32,952 bases of DNA from a virus (lineage: Duplodnaviria; Caudoviricetes). Every line of letters starts with the position of its first letter. The stretch's first letter is position 1. The stretch covers positions 1-32,952 of IMG/VR virus record IMGVR_UViG_3300025018_000372; one strand, written 5' to 3'. The notes under the pieces are model-generated. The model had not been told where the DNA came from and did not search any database. It was given only the letters and a program-made list of their open reading frames with translations. Positions 8,924 through 18,257 of this stretch are shown here, in pieces. Both the position numbers and the translations under genes were made by a program.

Positions 8924-9355
8924 CTAAAACCCTCCGCCCAGCTTGTCGCGGTTAAAAATGCGCTCTGGCCCGATGATTTCGGCGCTGTTGCCGGTGGTGC
9001 TGGCAGCAGGGGCCGGGTCGACCCCCAGAGACACTTTGCCGTCGCTGATTTTTTCAAGCAGGCGCGTGACGTTTTTGTGACTTTCGCGGATCGCCTCGGG
9101 GATCGTTCCTTGCGTACGTGCGTGCAGGTAATAAATCGCCAGGTCGGCGGACAACCCACTGACCACCGCCGGGGGGGTGGCAAACGGCACGCTGTAGCGG
9201 CTGCCGCACCAGGCATCGATTTCCTGATCGGCGCGGGCAATGGCGGCGGCGACTTTGGTGCTGTCGACAATTCCGCTGCCGCTGTCGTCGGTCAGGTCGA
9301 TGATGGTCTGCTCGGTGATGCGCGCTACCAACTGATCCTGGCTGCTGTAGGCCAT
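8924..9355 (-). CDS. Mu gp36-like head-tail adaptor (DUF1320)
   Basis: MAYSSQDQL..AIARADQEIDAW..RYSVP..DLAIYYL..LLEKISDGKVSLG. Confidence 0.85.
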   Translation of the reverse strand: MAYSSQDQLVARITEQTIIDLTDDSGSGIVDSTKVAAAIARADQEIDAWCGSRYSVPFATPPAVVSGLSADLAIYYLHARTQGTIPEAIRESHKNVTRLLEKISDGKVSLGVDPAPAASTTGNSAEIIGPERIFNRDKLGGGF

Positions 9356-9357
9356 GG

Positions 9358-9534
9358 TTAGTTGCCCTTACCTTTAGGTGTGTCCTTGTTTTCAACAACG
9401 GTCAGGGCCGGTTCGGCTTTCAGGATTTTCAGCTCAGTGGCGCTGAAGGCTTTATCGTCAAAGTGTCGCGGGGTGCGGCTGAAGGCGATGCCAACGCGGC
9501 GGAAGCCTTCGGTTTTGGCGGTGATGGTGATCAT
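9358..9534 (-). CDS. Mu gp35/HI1506-related small head protein (58 aa, not in ORF track)
   Basis: MITITAKTEGFRRVGIAFSRTPRHFDDKAFSATELKILKAEPALTV..; GFRR.G..F and LKAEP.L.V motifs; AGGAG RBS. Confidence 0.8.
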   Translation of the reverse strand: MITITAKTEGFRRVGIAFSRTPRHFDDKAFSATELKILKAEPALTVVENKDTPKGKGN

Positions 9535-9605
9535 AAATGGGCTCCTGTTGCTAAAAGTTGCCGGGGCTCATCGTTCCGCCCCGGCGGCAAAGGGCTTTGC
9601 TTTGG

Positions 9606-10508
9606 TTATGCGCCAGTCGATCCGTAGCACAGCTGCCAGAAGCCGTAACCTGCGGCGCCGCGGGCTTCGACCCCAAACTTAAACTCACCACGGTTGAACA
9701 CGTCGTCGCTGGCCATATCGGTTTGCTGGACAAACTGCGGGGCTTTGCGCTCCTGATAAATAAACGGCTTCACCGGCTTGGTGGTGTCGAGCAAGAACCA
9801 GGCGGTGGCGCTGGTCAGGCGAGCGTCAACAACCACTTCAAGCGTGCCCTTGAAAGGGTTGGCTTTGCCATCGTCGAGTCGGTCGTTGTTAACCAGGGCT
9901 TTGGCGACAAACTCAAGAGCAGGCGGAACCAGCAGTACGTTGGGCGTGATATTGAGCGGGCGGCCTTCGTCGTCCTTAAAACTGCGCATTGCGGTAATGC
10001 CTGCGCCAAGGCTGGCGATCGCCAGGGCCTGGGTGCTGGCCGAAAGCGCCGCCGTGCCCTTGTTGCTGACGCTGGCCCCGGCCACACTGTGATCTGTGTC
10101 GCAAAAATATTGGCCATCAAAGCATTCGTTGGTGAAGGCCCCGTTGACTTTTTCAAAAATCAGCTCGTCGGGGAACTGCTTTGCTGAAAAGGCCGCACCG
10201 GTCGCCTGCGGGGCGACAATGCCCAGGTTATCGTCTTCGATGTCGTTGCGCTTGACGGCAATGGTGGCTTCAAAGTCTTCGTTGGTGAGGACGTATTTCC
10301 CGGCCTTGAGCGCCTTGACGACTTTCTCGCCGACCCAGCGGCTCATTTTGGGAAAATTGTCGAGCCAGGCGTAATCGTTCTGGCTGCCGGTGCTGGTGAC
10401 TTTCATTGCGATTTTTTCCCAGACGCTTGGAGCCGCGTCGAAGGCTTTGGCAAACGTGGCCTTGACGTTGGTAAAAATTGCGCTGATGGTACTGGCGTTG
10501 ATAATCAT
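9606..10508 (-). CDS. Major capsid protein (Mu gpT-like)
   Basis: YAWL..FPKM..WVGE, DIEDDNLG, FDGQYFCDTDH, GYGFWQ motifs. Confidence 0.93.
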   Translation of the reverse strand: MIINASTISAIFTNVKATFAKAFDAAPSVWEKIAMKVTSTGSQNDYAWLDNFPKMSRWVGEKVVKALKAGKYVLTNEDFEATIAVKRNDIEDDNLGIVAPQATGAAFSAKQFPDELIFEKVNGAFTNECFDGQYFCDTDHSVAGASVSNKGTAALSASTQALAIASLGAGITAMRSFKDDEGRPLNITPNVLLVPPALEFVAKALVNNDRLDDGKANPFKGTLEVVVDARLTSATAWFLLDTTKPVKPFIYQERKAPQFVQQTDMASDDVFNRGEFKFGVEARGAAGYGFWQLCYGSTGA

Positions 10509-10543
10509 GGTTTTAAATCTCCGTTAATTAGTTGTTAATCAAT

Positions 10544-10571
10544 CCCTGTGGGAGCGGCTTTCAGCCGCGAT
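10544..10571. repeat. REP-like palindrome, family A
   Basis: CCCTGTGGGAGCGGCTTTCAGCCGCGAT, identical to 24756-24783; variant at 11032-11056. Confidence 0.8.
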
Positions 10572-10578
10572 TATCCCT

Positions 10579-10977
10579 TTAATCGATCAGCACCCAGACG
10601 CCGCTGGAACTGACGCCGTAACAGGTGCCGGCCACAATATCGTTGGTCGGGCCGCTGGCCAGGGCGACGGTGACTGCATCCTCGACATAGACGTACGAGC
10701 CGACGCTGGCCTGGGTGACGGCGGCGGTGGCGCTGTTAGCGAGCTGGTAGCACTCGCCGCGATGCACTTCACAGCTGAGGGCGCCATCGGCCCCGGCGGT
10801 ATTGTCGACGGTTTCCTGAGCAATGCCGACAACAATGGTGCTGGCGGTGTCGGCGGCGGGAATCAGGTAGCCACCGGCATTGACGGACACCATAGTCCCG
10901 GCTTCAATTTTGGTGCTTGCGGCAACGGCGAATTCAATCAGCTTGCCTTCTTTTCTGGGGGTATTGCGTTCTGCCAT
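10579..10977 (-). CDS. Head decoration/cement protein (DUF2190-like)
   Basis: 132 aa; VAASTKIEAG..VGIAQETVDNTAGADG..GVWV, directly before the capsid gene. Confidence 0.75.
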   Translation of the reverse strand: MAERNTPRKEGKLIEFAVAASTKIEAGTMVSVNAGGYLIPAADTASTIVVGIAQETVDNTAGADGALSCEVHRGECYQLANSATAAVTQASVGSYVYVEDAVTVALASGPTNDIVAGTCYGVSSSGVWVLID

Positions 10978-10994
10978 AGGGGTTTCTCCTTGGG

Positions 10995-11056
10995 GTGGGA
11001 CACGGCGCGCCGTGCCCTTACTTGGTTACTGTGTGGGAGCGGCCTTCAGCCGCAAT
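10995..11056. repeat. Two adjacent REP-like palindromes (families B and A)
   Basis: GTGGGACACGGCGCGCCGTGCCCTTAC (10995-11021) and TGTGGGAGCGGCCTTCAGCCGCAAT (11032-11056). Confidence 0.75.
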
Positions 11057-11059
11057 CAA

Positions 11060-12046
11060 TTACACCGCGTATTTTTTCAGGTCGTCGAGGCTGTTGCCGA
11101 ACATGGCGGCAATCTTTGCCTCTTCAGCGTTAAGGGCTTTGCCGCTGTCGGGCGGGGTTTTGCCGTCAAGTTTGGAGGGATCGGCCACCACGGGGGCCGC
11201 TGCGATGAACTTTTTAAATTCGGCCAGGCCGTTTTCCTGTCGGCACATGGCGGTGTAATACTCGCGCGTGGCCGGGGTGATTTTGCCCGCCTTGAGGGCG
11301 GCATCGATTTCGGCGGTGATCGCGGTGAGCAGCTGATCGGCTTCGATGTCGGTCAGTCTCTGCTCGGCGTTGGCGGCACGGGTCAGGGCGCTGTCGTAGT
11401 CGGCGCGCGGGACAAACTTTTCAAGGCTGGGGGTGTTGGCCCGGTTCAGGGCGGTGGACAGATCGCCCTGGAGTTTTTCCAGCGCGTTCAGGGCCAGCTC
11501 TTCGCTGGCGTCTTCGGCAAGGCCAAGTTTTTTGAGCAGGTTTTTCATAGGGTTATCTCCTGTGGTTGGGGCACGGCGCGCCGTGCCCGTACGTTGCTGT
11601 TCGTGATTCAGGGCGGATAGAAACAGGTTGGGCTTGTTGACCAGGGCCACGCTGCTGAGGCGGCGCACTCGTCCGGTGGCTTTTTCGTAATCGAACACCG
11701 GGCTGATATAGCGATATTCGCGATTTGTCACCGCTTGTTCGCCGCGCGGGGTAAAACTGATTTTTCCCCACAGGGCGCCGTCGCGGATTTCGTACGCGAC
11801 GAACCAGCCCGCCGCTGGGGCTTCGTCTCCCCTGGGGGCTTTTAGCTCTGTAGCGTGTTCGTAATCGAGGGGAATATCGGCCTCGCGCTGCATCAGGTCG
11901 TCAATGATGCTTTGCGGCTGGTCATTGACCCAGCGGCGACCATCGCGCCCGGTGATCTGCCCGGCGGGGATCAGTTCGATCCAGTCGGGGACAGCGGATC
12001 CATCGGATCCGGAGATTTCAAAATTCAGTGCATGGCGTAAAAACAT
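11060..12046 (-). CDS. Mu I/Z protease with nested scaffold (internal start MKNLLKK at 11548)
   Basis: WIELIPAG..GRDGR, DYEHAT, APAAGW, YRYISPVF, ALVNKPNL motifs; AGGAG before the internal ATG. Confidence 0.9.
   Translation of the reverse strand: MFLRHALNFEISGSDGSAVPDWIELIPAGQITGRDGRRWVNDQPQSIIDDLMQREADIPLDYEHATELKAPRGDEAPAAGWFVAYEIRDGALWGKISFTPRGEQAVTNREYRYISPVFDYEKATGRVRRLSSVALVNKPNLFLSALNHEQQRTGTARRAPTTGDNPMKNLLKKLGLAEDASEELALNALEKLQGDLSTALNRANTPSLEKFVPRADYDSALTRAANAEQRLTDIEADQLLTAITAEIDAALKAGKITPATREYYTAMCRQENGLAEFKKFIAAAPVVADPSKLDGKTPPDSGKALNAEEAKIAAMFGNSLDDLKKYAV
11557..11592. repeat. REP-like palindrome, family B, in frame inside the protease gene
   Basis: GGGCACGGCGCGCCGTGCCC perfect palindrome, encoding RTGTARRAPT. 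Confidence 0.75.
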
Positions 12047-12061
12047 GATGTGTCCTTTTGC

Positions 12062-12084
12062 GTAGGGGCGTATGGCATACGCCC
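12062..12084. repeat. GTAG-type REP-like palindrome upstream of the protease RBS
   Basis: GTAG GGGCGTATG G CATACGCCC. Confidence 0.65.
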
Positions 12085-12099
12085 GTTTTTCATGCCGGG

Positions 12100-12624
12100 T
12101 TAATCCACCGTTAAATGTTTCTGCAAAACATCCATGACCATTTGCTTATCGCGTTCAGCGAGCACCAGCCTGTTTCCCTGGTTAAGTGCCAGGTAGGGCC
12201 GGGCCGGGATGCGCACCTTGCGGCCGCGTCCGGCGTTGCCGCCAAACTGGTGGATCGCGGCATAGTCCACCCCGGTAACGCCGATGCGCACGCTGGTTTT
12301 ATCCGGCTGGTTATGGACCCGCTGCCTCAGCCGCCCGGATTCGAACAGAATTTTCTTGTTTTGCAGGTACCGCCGGCCGCGTTTAACCAGGCCGCGCTTG
12401 CCGAATCCTTTGTTACGGCCCAGCCCCAGCATCATGGTGGTGCTGGACAGCCGCGCCCAGGGGGTGCCGTCGGGGGCCTGCTCGCGGCTGAAGTTTTCGA
12501 GGACCCTGCGCTCATAGCGCAGACCGATTTCACGCATAGCGGGCAGCAAATCGCCGGTTTTGCGTTGCAACCGGGTGAGCAGTTCGCGGACGTCGTGATC
12601 ATCGACCCTGATAATGATGCTCAT
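12100..12624 (-). CDS. Virion morphogenesis protein (Mu gpG/gp31-like)
   Basis: PDGTPWARLS, YAAIHQFGG..IPARPYL motifs. Confidence 0.88.
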   Translation of the reverse strand: MSIIIRVDDHDVRELLTRLQRKTGDLLPAMREIGLRYERRVLENFSREQAPDGTPWARLSSTTMMLGLGRNKGFGKRGLVKRGRRYLQNKKILFESGRLRQRVHNQPDKTSVRIGVTGVDYAAIHQFGGNAGRGRKVRIPARPYLALNQGNRLVLAERDKQMVMDVLQKHLTVD

Positions 12625-13370
12625 GGCCGCACCTCGCGCCCGGTAATTGCTAAAATTTCTGCGGCCAGCTGCTGTGCCAGAACGGCAAATCCAGCGGCTG
12701 CCAGCCGGGTGAGTTTATCGGCCAGCACAGTGTCGGCTTTTTCCATGCCCGCCTGCCCGACGTTATACGCCCAGGCCTCGTCGACCGTGGCGGGATCGCC
12801 AGCCACAGAGGGGACGTCTGTCAGCTCGTTTTCATCGGCAATGACGGCGCGGCACTGGCAGCCCCAGCCGTTGGGCGGGTAGTGGGTTGACCAGAACGGG
12901 TCATCAATCGGGCGCACGGTGCCATCAAGGGCGACGTGCTCGGGGCGCGGGTTGAGCACGCCGTCGGCATGGACGTATTTGAGATATTTCGCCCCGCCTT
13001 CGACAAACTGCTGCCAGCGACCGGCCTGGTAGGCCGTATTGACGTTGATGTCGTAAATCAGGGCGCTGCGCCAGTTGCGACCGCCGTTGTAGGCCCAGCC
13101 GTGTTTTTGCACGATGCTGTCGAACTGCTGGCGGAATTCGGCCAAATCCAAATTCCCGGCAATCGCCTGGTCGACCGCGTTGCGCATATCGGCGAGCAGG
13201 TCGGCCTTCATGGCCCCGGCGGTCATAAACCCCTTGGCGTGCTCGGCCTGCCACAGGTCATTCCAGGCGGAGGTCGGCACGTTGAGTTTGCGGCGGAAAA
13301 AGGCCTCGGCTTCCGCGAATGGAAGGCCAAAAACGCTATTTGCTGCCTGGGTCTCAAATTGTGGGGTCAT
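12621..13370 (-). CDS. Minor head protein (Mu gpF/gp30)
   Basis: RPEHVALDG..DDPFWSTHYPPNGWGCQC motif. Confidence 0.9.
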   Translation of the reverse strand: MTPQFETQAANSVFGLPFAEAEAFFRRKLNVPTSAWNDLWQAEHAKGFMTAGAMKADLLADMRNAVDQAIAGNLDLAEFRQQFDSIVQKHGWAYNGGRNWRSALIYDINVNTAYQAGRWQQFVEGGAKYLKYVHADGVLNPRPEHVALDGTVRPIDDPFWSTHYPPNGWGCQCRAVIADENELTDVPSVAGDPATVDEAWAYNVGQAGMEKADTVLADKLTRLAAAGFAVLAQQLAAEILAITGREVRP

Positions 13371-13469
13371 GATATGTTCCCAAACCGTGTTTAAACCGTG
13401 TTTAAAATTGGCTGTACTTGACGATCTTTTTTTCTGGCGGCCTTGTATTGGGTCGCTATGGTAAACCGT
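13371..13469. promoter_or_regulatory. Candidate Mu strong-gyrase-site-like element
   Basis: 99-bp non-coding gap in the head operon containing tandem AAACCGTGTTT AAACCGTGTTT AAAA. Confidence 0.4.
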
Positions 13470-14987
13470 TTATTCGGGCGATTTTTGCGCCGCGTCTAGT
13501 CGCCCGGCCATAATCGCGCGGGTGGTGACCTGGGCGATTTCAGTGGCCATGGCGGTGCTATCCATTTCGGGGAACGCTTTTTCCATGTTGCGGGCCAGCT
13601 CTTCGAAGCTGCCGGACTGCACTGTGAGCCGGCGCAGATGATCAACCCAAGCGGTGACTTGCAGGGGATCGGCGGCAGACTGTTCGGTGTTGGTCGCGCG
13701 GTTGATCGCTATTGGTTCTGCGGCGACTGGCGCAGGGATGCCGAGTAAATCTTCCGGCTTGGCGTTTTCGTCCGGGTCAGGGTGGCCCATGCGATCACGG
13801 ATAACGCTTTGCTCGATGCGGTAGCCCAGAGGGACCAGCTTGGCCAGGGCTTCGGCTTCGGCGGCCATGTCGTACCGGTCGGCGGCACGCAGCTGCACAC
13901 AGGGGTAATCGTCCTGCGGGCCAAAGTTCAGGTCGACAAACGGTTTGACCAGGTCGCGCTTCAACGTGTCTTCGAGCTGTTCGGCGTCGTCGTCGCGGAT
14001 GTCGTCGCGCACCTCGCTTTGCAGTTGATCGTTGCCGAGCTTGCCGGGGCTGCCGCTGGCGCTGGCGGTCTGGCCTAAAATGCCTTTGCTGACCTGATCG
14101 TCAAAATAGTCTGCCAGTAGTTTGAAAAAGTCGGCGGCACCGCTTTTGTTGGCAGCTTCGACCAGTTCGATCTTCATGCTTTCCGGGAACATGGCGGCGG
14201 CATCGGTGCCCAGGTTGGCCAGAGCCATACGCAGCACGGCTTTCTCGGCATCGGTGGCGCTGCTGCCGTACTTGCCCAGCCGCAGCGGCATGCCGTAAAC
14301 CTCGGCGAAGGCGAGCCAGTCTTTAATCGAATACCCCTTGCACATGTAAGCCCAGGCCGAAAGCCGCGCCAGCCCGCCACGCAGGGGGATGCCGGATTTG
14401 ATGCGCGGCACGTGGCAGACAAATTTGAACGGCTCCAGGGGCAGGCCGTCGAGGCCGCCTGTTTCGTCTTTCAGGCGCAGCTCGCTGCGGCGCACGCGGG
14501 CGAAGGTAAAGAAGTGCGGGTCGCGCCACTGGTAGCCGCGGGGTTTCCACAGCGGGCCGCTGCGATCCCAGTCGATCTCGACCACGCTGTAGCCCTTGCC
14601 GAGACCATCGAGTAGATCCTTGATCAGCGACCGCACGTTGTAGCCCTTGAACAAACGGCGCACGGCGTCGGCGATATCGATATCGCGCTGCTGGTCGCTG
14701 ACCGCTTCGACACTGATGGGCAAACGGCCGACGGCGAGCTTACGTTTGGACAGCTCGGCGGCATAGTGCAGGTCGCGCTCTTCCATCTCTTCGGCCAGGG
14801 TCAGGTAGCTGTCGGCGTCGCCTTCGGCGGCGTTTTGCAGCAGGGTCGCCAGACGCACCGGGGTCAGGCCCGAGGCGACGGTATCTGTCCACAGGGTGCG
14901 AACCCCGGCCAGAGTGGGGGCGGCGTGCTCACGGGAGAGGGCCTGAGTACGGACCGGGCGGCCATAGGCATCTAAGAGTTGGGCCAT
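13470..14987 (-). CDS. Portal protein (Mu gp29, DUF935)
   Basis: LAEEMEERDLHY, KGYSVVEIDW, FAEVYGMPLRLGKY, SKGILGQT motifs. Confidence 0.93.
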   Translation of the reverse strand: MAQLLDAYGRPVRTQALSREHAAPTLAGVRTLWTDTVASGLTPVRLATLLQNAAEGDADSYLTLAEEMEERDLHYAAELSKRKLAVGRLPISVEAVSDQQRDIDIADAVRRLFKGYNVRSLIKDLLDGLGKGYSVVEIDWDRSGPLWKPRGYQWRDPHFFTFARVRRSELRLKDETGGLDGLPLEPFKFVCHVPRIKSGIPLRGGLARLSAWAYMCKGYSIKDWLAFAEVYGMPLRLGKYGSSATDAEKAVLRMALANLGTDAAAMFPESMKIELVEAANKSGAADFFKLLADYFDDQVSKGILGQTASASGSPGKLGNDQLQSEVRDDIRDDDAEQLEDTLKRDLVKPFVDLNFGPQDDYPCVQLRAADRYDMAAEAEALAKLVPLGYRIEQSVIRDRMGHPDPDENAKPEDLLGIPAPVAAEPIAINRATNTEQSAADPLQVTAWVDHLRRLTVQSGSFEELARNMEKAFPEMDSTAMATEIAQVTTRAIMAGRLDAAQKSPE

Positions 14988-16414
14988 TACCAGAGTCCTT
15001 TCATGCCGCCCAGGGCGGCGGTGGCTTTGACCGGGCGGGCGCTGTGGTTATCGGCGTGGCGGCCAACTGATTCATAGGCGTATTCAACAACCGGCAGCCG
15101 TGCCGCTTCGACCGCCAGAGCCAATGCCCAGAAGCGGTCGGCGTGGCCGTCGGGTGTGCGTTCAGCTGTGAAGCGGATGTTTCCCGAAGCCGTGGTCTGC
15201 TTGGTCAGGCTGCGCAGATCGGCACGGATCTGCTTGTCATACGGAATGCGCAGCAGGCGATCTTCCATCTTGCTGCGTACCGGGTAAGCCAAAGATTCTT
15301 TGACGCGACCGGTAAACGTAATGCACTCAACGCGATTTCCTCCGAACTTGTCCTGGGCATCGTCGCCCCAGCCAATACCGAGACCGGTATAATCCATACA
15401 GGTGCGCTCGGCTTTGGCCATAACCGGATACAGGATGGCCTCTTGTTCTGACTTGCGCATGTTTTGCAAGCAGACAACCTCGCGGGTGTAGAGCACATCG
15501 CCGAGCAGTTCGAGCAGCCAGAGCACGGTCAAGTCTTTCTTGCGGCCGATATCGACCCCGGCGAAGAGGCGCCCGCCTTCGTGGGTTTGCCAGTCGAGAC
15601 CTCGCCCGTATTCGGCGCTTGCGATGAGATCGTATTCTAAAAACGCCACGTCATCGTCGGCCGGCTGGCACATGAATTCTTGCAAAAACGATTCTTCGTC
15701 GGCGCAGCCCGACTTGACGAAATCGAAATAATCGGCCTCGGTCATGGCCTGACGTTCGTCGTTTTCAGACAGGCTCTGCTGCAGCTTGTACAGAAACCCT
15801 TGATCAAGGGCATCCTGAAGCGTGACACGGTGCAGGCTGATCTTCTTCGGGTTGTTTTGCTCGCGGGCTTCGCGCACCAGGTCGTTGAAAAAATTCTTGC
15901 TGCCCCGGTGAGTGCTGATGACCTCCATCGAACCGCCCCAGGTGATGCCCGGGTACGCGATAGACCAGAGTTTGCGCGGATCGGGATTCAGGGCGAACTC
16001 ATCGAGCACGCGGCCGCCACGCTTGCCCGCCTGGGCGTCGGGATTACTGCTCATACTGTGGATGCGCTTGCCGTTGGCAAATTGCAGCACGTAGGCCGAG
16101 AAGTTCTTGTCTTTATCGATGACGATTTCGCCCAGATCCTCGGCGGCGAGCTGAAGAATCTTTGCCCACATTTTGCAATCTTCGATAAACAGCCGCGCTT
16201 GAATATCATCTCGCGACGAAACCCACTGATCGTGCTTGTTACCCAACATGCCGGTGCGTTCATCGCAGGCCCAGGCGGTTGACCAGGACAAGCCAATCTG
16301 GCGCGCCTTTTCCATAAGCTTCAGGCGGCTCTTGTCCTTGATCCAGGCGCCCTGATAGGGAAGGAAAATGCCCCCAGGGTTGGCCGGAATGATTTTGGCG
16401 TTGCCTTTGGCCAT
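14987..16414 (-). CDS. Terminase large subunit (Mu gp28)
   Basis: EKARQIGLS Walker A-like, LDEFA Walker B, nuclease motifs GVDIGRKKD and HADRFWALALA. Confidence 0.93.
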   Translation of the reverse strand: MAKGNAKIIPANPGGIFLPYQGAWIKDKSRLKLMEKARQIGLSWSTAWACDERTGMLGNKHDQWVSSRDDIQARLFIEDCKMWAKILQLAAEDLGEIVIDKDKNFSAYVLQFANGKRIHSMSSNPDAQAGKRGGRVLDEFALNPDPRKLWSIAYPGITWGGSMEVISTHRGSKNFFNDLVREAREQNNPKKISLHRVTLQDALDQGFLYKLQQSLSENDERQAMTEADYFDFVKSGCADEESFLQEFMCQPADDDVAFLEYDLIASAEYGRGLDWQTHEGGRLFAGVDIGRKKDLTVLWLLELLGDVLYTREVVCLQNMRKSEQEAILYPVMAKAERTCMDYTGLGIGWGDDAQDKFGGNRVECITFTGRVKESLAYPVRSKMEDRLLRIPYDKQIRADLRSLTKQTTASGNIRFTAERTPDGHADRFWALALAVEAARLPVVEYAYESVGRHADNHSARPVKATAALGGMKGLW

Positions 16415-17004
16415 CAGATACCTAATGCCTCGTGGATCAGTGCGATGGTTTCGGGGGTGACCCCGGCCTGCCGTGCGGTTTTGTCAACGGTTGCTGCGGC
16501 ATCGGCCAGAACTTGTTTGCGAATTTCCTGATCTCGCTTGACATTGATACTCGCCCCCTGCTCCAGCCGCTGCACCGCCAGGGCCAGGGCTTTGACCTGG
16601 TCTATAGTGGCGGTCATGGTTTCGGGGTCGGAAATGTCGGCGTCTTGTAATTTCAAACTCAGGTCAAACGCCATGCTGCGCAGCATCTCGTTGATGAGCA
16701 GCCCCACCTGACCCTGCGGGGCCGCGCCGACTTTGCTGATAAACAGCTCGGCGACCTCGCGGCTTTGACGCAGCTTGGTGCCAACTTCGTCCATGCGCAG
16801 GGCGTAGCGGTTGACCGCACTTTTACTGAGACGTTCGGGCGCGTCGGCGGGCAGCTGCCCGGCGTGCTGCATATCGGCCAGCAGGGCGTTGATGCGGTCA
16901 ACGGCCTGTAGCTGCGTCACCCGGCGATCGTTGAGCAGCTCTTGCAGCTGCTGGCGGATGCTGTCGGGTAAAAGATCGATGCTCGATTGCTGGCGACCGC
17001 CCAT
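16414..17004 (-). CDS. Terminase small subunit (Mu gp27, DUF3486)
   Basis: SSIDLLP..LSKSAVNRY motif; synteny. Confidence 0.85.
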   Translation of the reverse strand: MGGRQQSSIDLLPDSIRQQLQELLNDRRVTQLQAVDRINALLADMQHAGQLPADAPERLSKSAVNRYALRMDEVGTKLRQSREVAELFISKVGAAPQGQVGLLINEMLRSMAFDLSLKLQDADISDPETMTATIDQVKALALAVQRLEQGASINVKRDQEIRKQVLADAAATVDKTARQAGVTPETIALIHEALGI

Positions 17005-17006
17005 AA

Positions 17007-17306
17007 TTACCCCCTGGGGCCGGGGCGTTTGACGCCGTCAACGCGGGCCGCGCCGGTGGCGACATCGGCCCCACGAGCGCAGAGGGTGGCGACCAGCACA
17101 GTCCCCACCGTTTCGAGAGTGACCAGGCCCTGCTCTTCTAACCAGCGCAGCTCGGTGCGCACGCGGTCGCGGCTGAGGTTGTGACCGTATTCAGCCAGGG
17201 CGGCGCGCAAAATCGAATCGTTCAGGGCGTAGCCGGTGCCCTCGTTGAGCAGGCGCAGCAGCACCAGGCGGATGTCGGCGGCGAGGAGTTGAATAAAGGC
17301 GGTCAT
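17007..17306 (-). CDS. Mu gp26-like winged-helix protein
   Basis: RLVLLRLL..SRDRVRTELRWLEEQGLV..RGADVATG..GVKRP. Confidence 0.8.
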   Translation of the reverse strand: MTAFIQLLAADIRLVLLRLLNEGTGYALNDSILRAALAEYGHNLSRDRVRTELRWLEEQGLVTLETVGTVLVATLCARGADVATGAARVDGVKRPGPRG

Positions 17307-17734
17307 TTTTTTGCGCGTCCTCCCTCGTTAATCAAAAATTCATTGATGAGTGCCAGGGTGTGATTCAGGCCGTCCAGCCTGCCCTCGACCGTGCCGAGTT
17401 TGCGGGTCAGACCGTTGATGTCGTGAGACAAAACCGCCATTTCCTGCCGGTTGGGCATGTTACGGATCTCGCCGCCGACGCGGCTTAATGACAGCTCAAG
17501 TTCGCCGGTGCGCAGCTGGTGCGCACGGCAATCGGCGGTGCGGGCATCCTCGGCGGCCTGGTGATCTTGCGTGGGCATGCACTTGGCGAACTGGCGTTCC
17601 AGCTCTAAAAAGCGTGCGGCGGTCACCTTGGCCCGGTTACTCCACCAGGTATAAATGCCCAGGGCGGCCAGCCCGAACGATTGCAGCACGGCAAACCAGA
17701 ACTGCCAGGCTTGATAATTGGTGGGTTCGGTCAT
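17303..17734 (-). CDS. DUF2730-like membrane/coiled-coil protein (Mu gp25-like)
   Basis: N-terminal TM helix, C-terminal coiled coil; synteny. Confidence 0.7.
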   Translation of the reverse strand: MTEPTNYQAWQFWFAVLQSFGLAALGIYTWWSNRAKVTAARFLELERQFAKCMPTQDHQAAEDARTADCRAHQLRTGELELSLSRVGGEIRNMPNRQEMAVLSHDINGLTRKLGTVEGRLDGLNHTLALINEFLINEGGRAKK

Positions 17735-17952
17735 GCTGTCCTCTCGAAACGTCGTTGACAGTCGATGCAGCGCAGCGCGGCTGGGTTGACCCGCAAGCGG
17801 GCCGGGGCGATGGGGCTATCGCAGTCGATACAGATCCCTGATTCGGGCGTATGGTCATACGCCCCCACCCCGCATTTGCGATAATGAGCGTCCATGGCCT
17901 GCTGCTGATACAGCTCGTTGTGGTACTGCGCCCGGTCAATCTCATCAGCCAT
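17731..17952 (-). CDS. TraR/DksA C4 zinc-finger protein
   Basis: MADEIDRAQ..CIDCDSPIAPARL..P..RCIDCQ. Confidence 0.88.
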   Translation of the reverse strand: MADEIDRAQYHNELYQQQAMDAHYRKCGVGAYDHTPESGICIDCDSPIAPARLRVNPAALRCIDCQRRFERTA

Positions 17953-17954
17953 GG

Positions 17955-18248
17955 TTAGCTCTTGTCCGCCTTGACTTTTTGCACGGCGGCCTCGATGGCG
18001 GCGTTGATCATGGAGATCGTGACCCCGGCCCCGATTTCGATGCCGCGCTGACGCAGCTGGCTGATAATCAACTGCTGTGCCTGGGCGCGTTTCTCGTCGT
18101 CACTGCCGCCGGTTGCATTCAGGGCCACCGCCTGCACCGCCGCGGTGGCCGATGCGGCCAGGATCGGGCCGATTTCGGAGAGGAACATCCCTAGAAACGG
18201 TTTTAAAAAACCGCCAATACTCGAAAAAATCAGTTTAAGCCAGGTCAT
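17955..18248 (-). CDS. Putative holin (LL-H-like)
   Basis: 97 aa, hydrophobic/amphipathic N-terminus; EKR..A..INAAIEAAV motif; lysis cassette position. Confidence 0.55.
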   Translation of the reverse strand: MTWLKLIFSSIGGFLKPFLGMFLSEIGPILAASATAAVQAVALNATGGSDDEKRAQAQQLIISQLRQRGIEIGAGVTISMINAAIEAAVQKVKADKS

Positions 18249-18257
18249 ACAGTCTCC

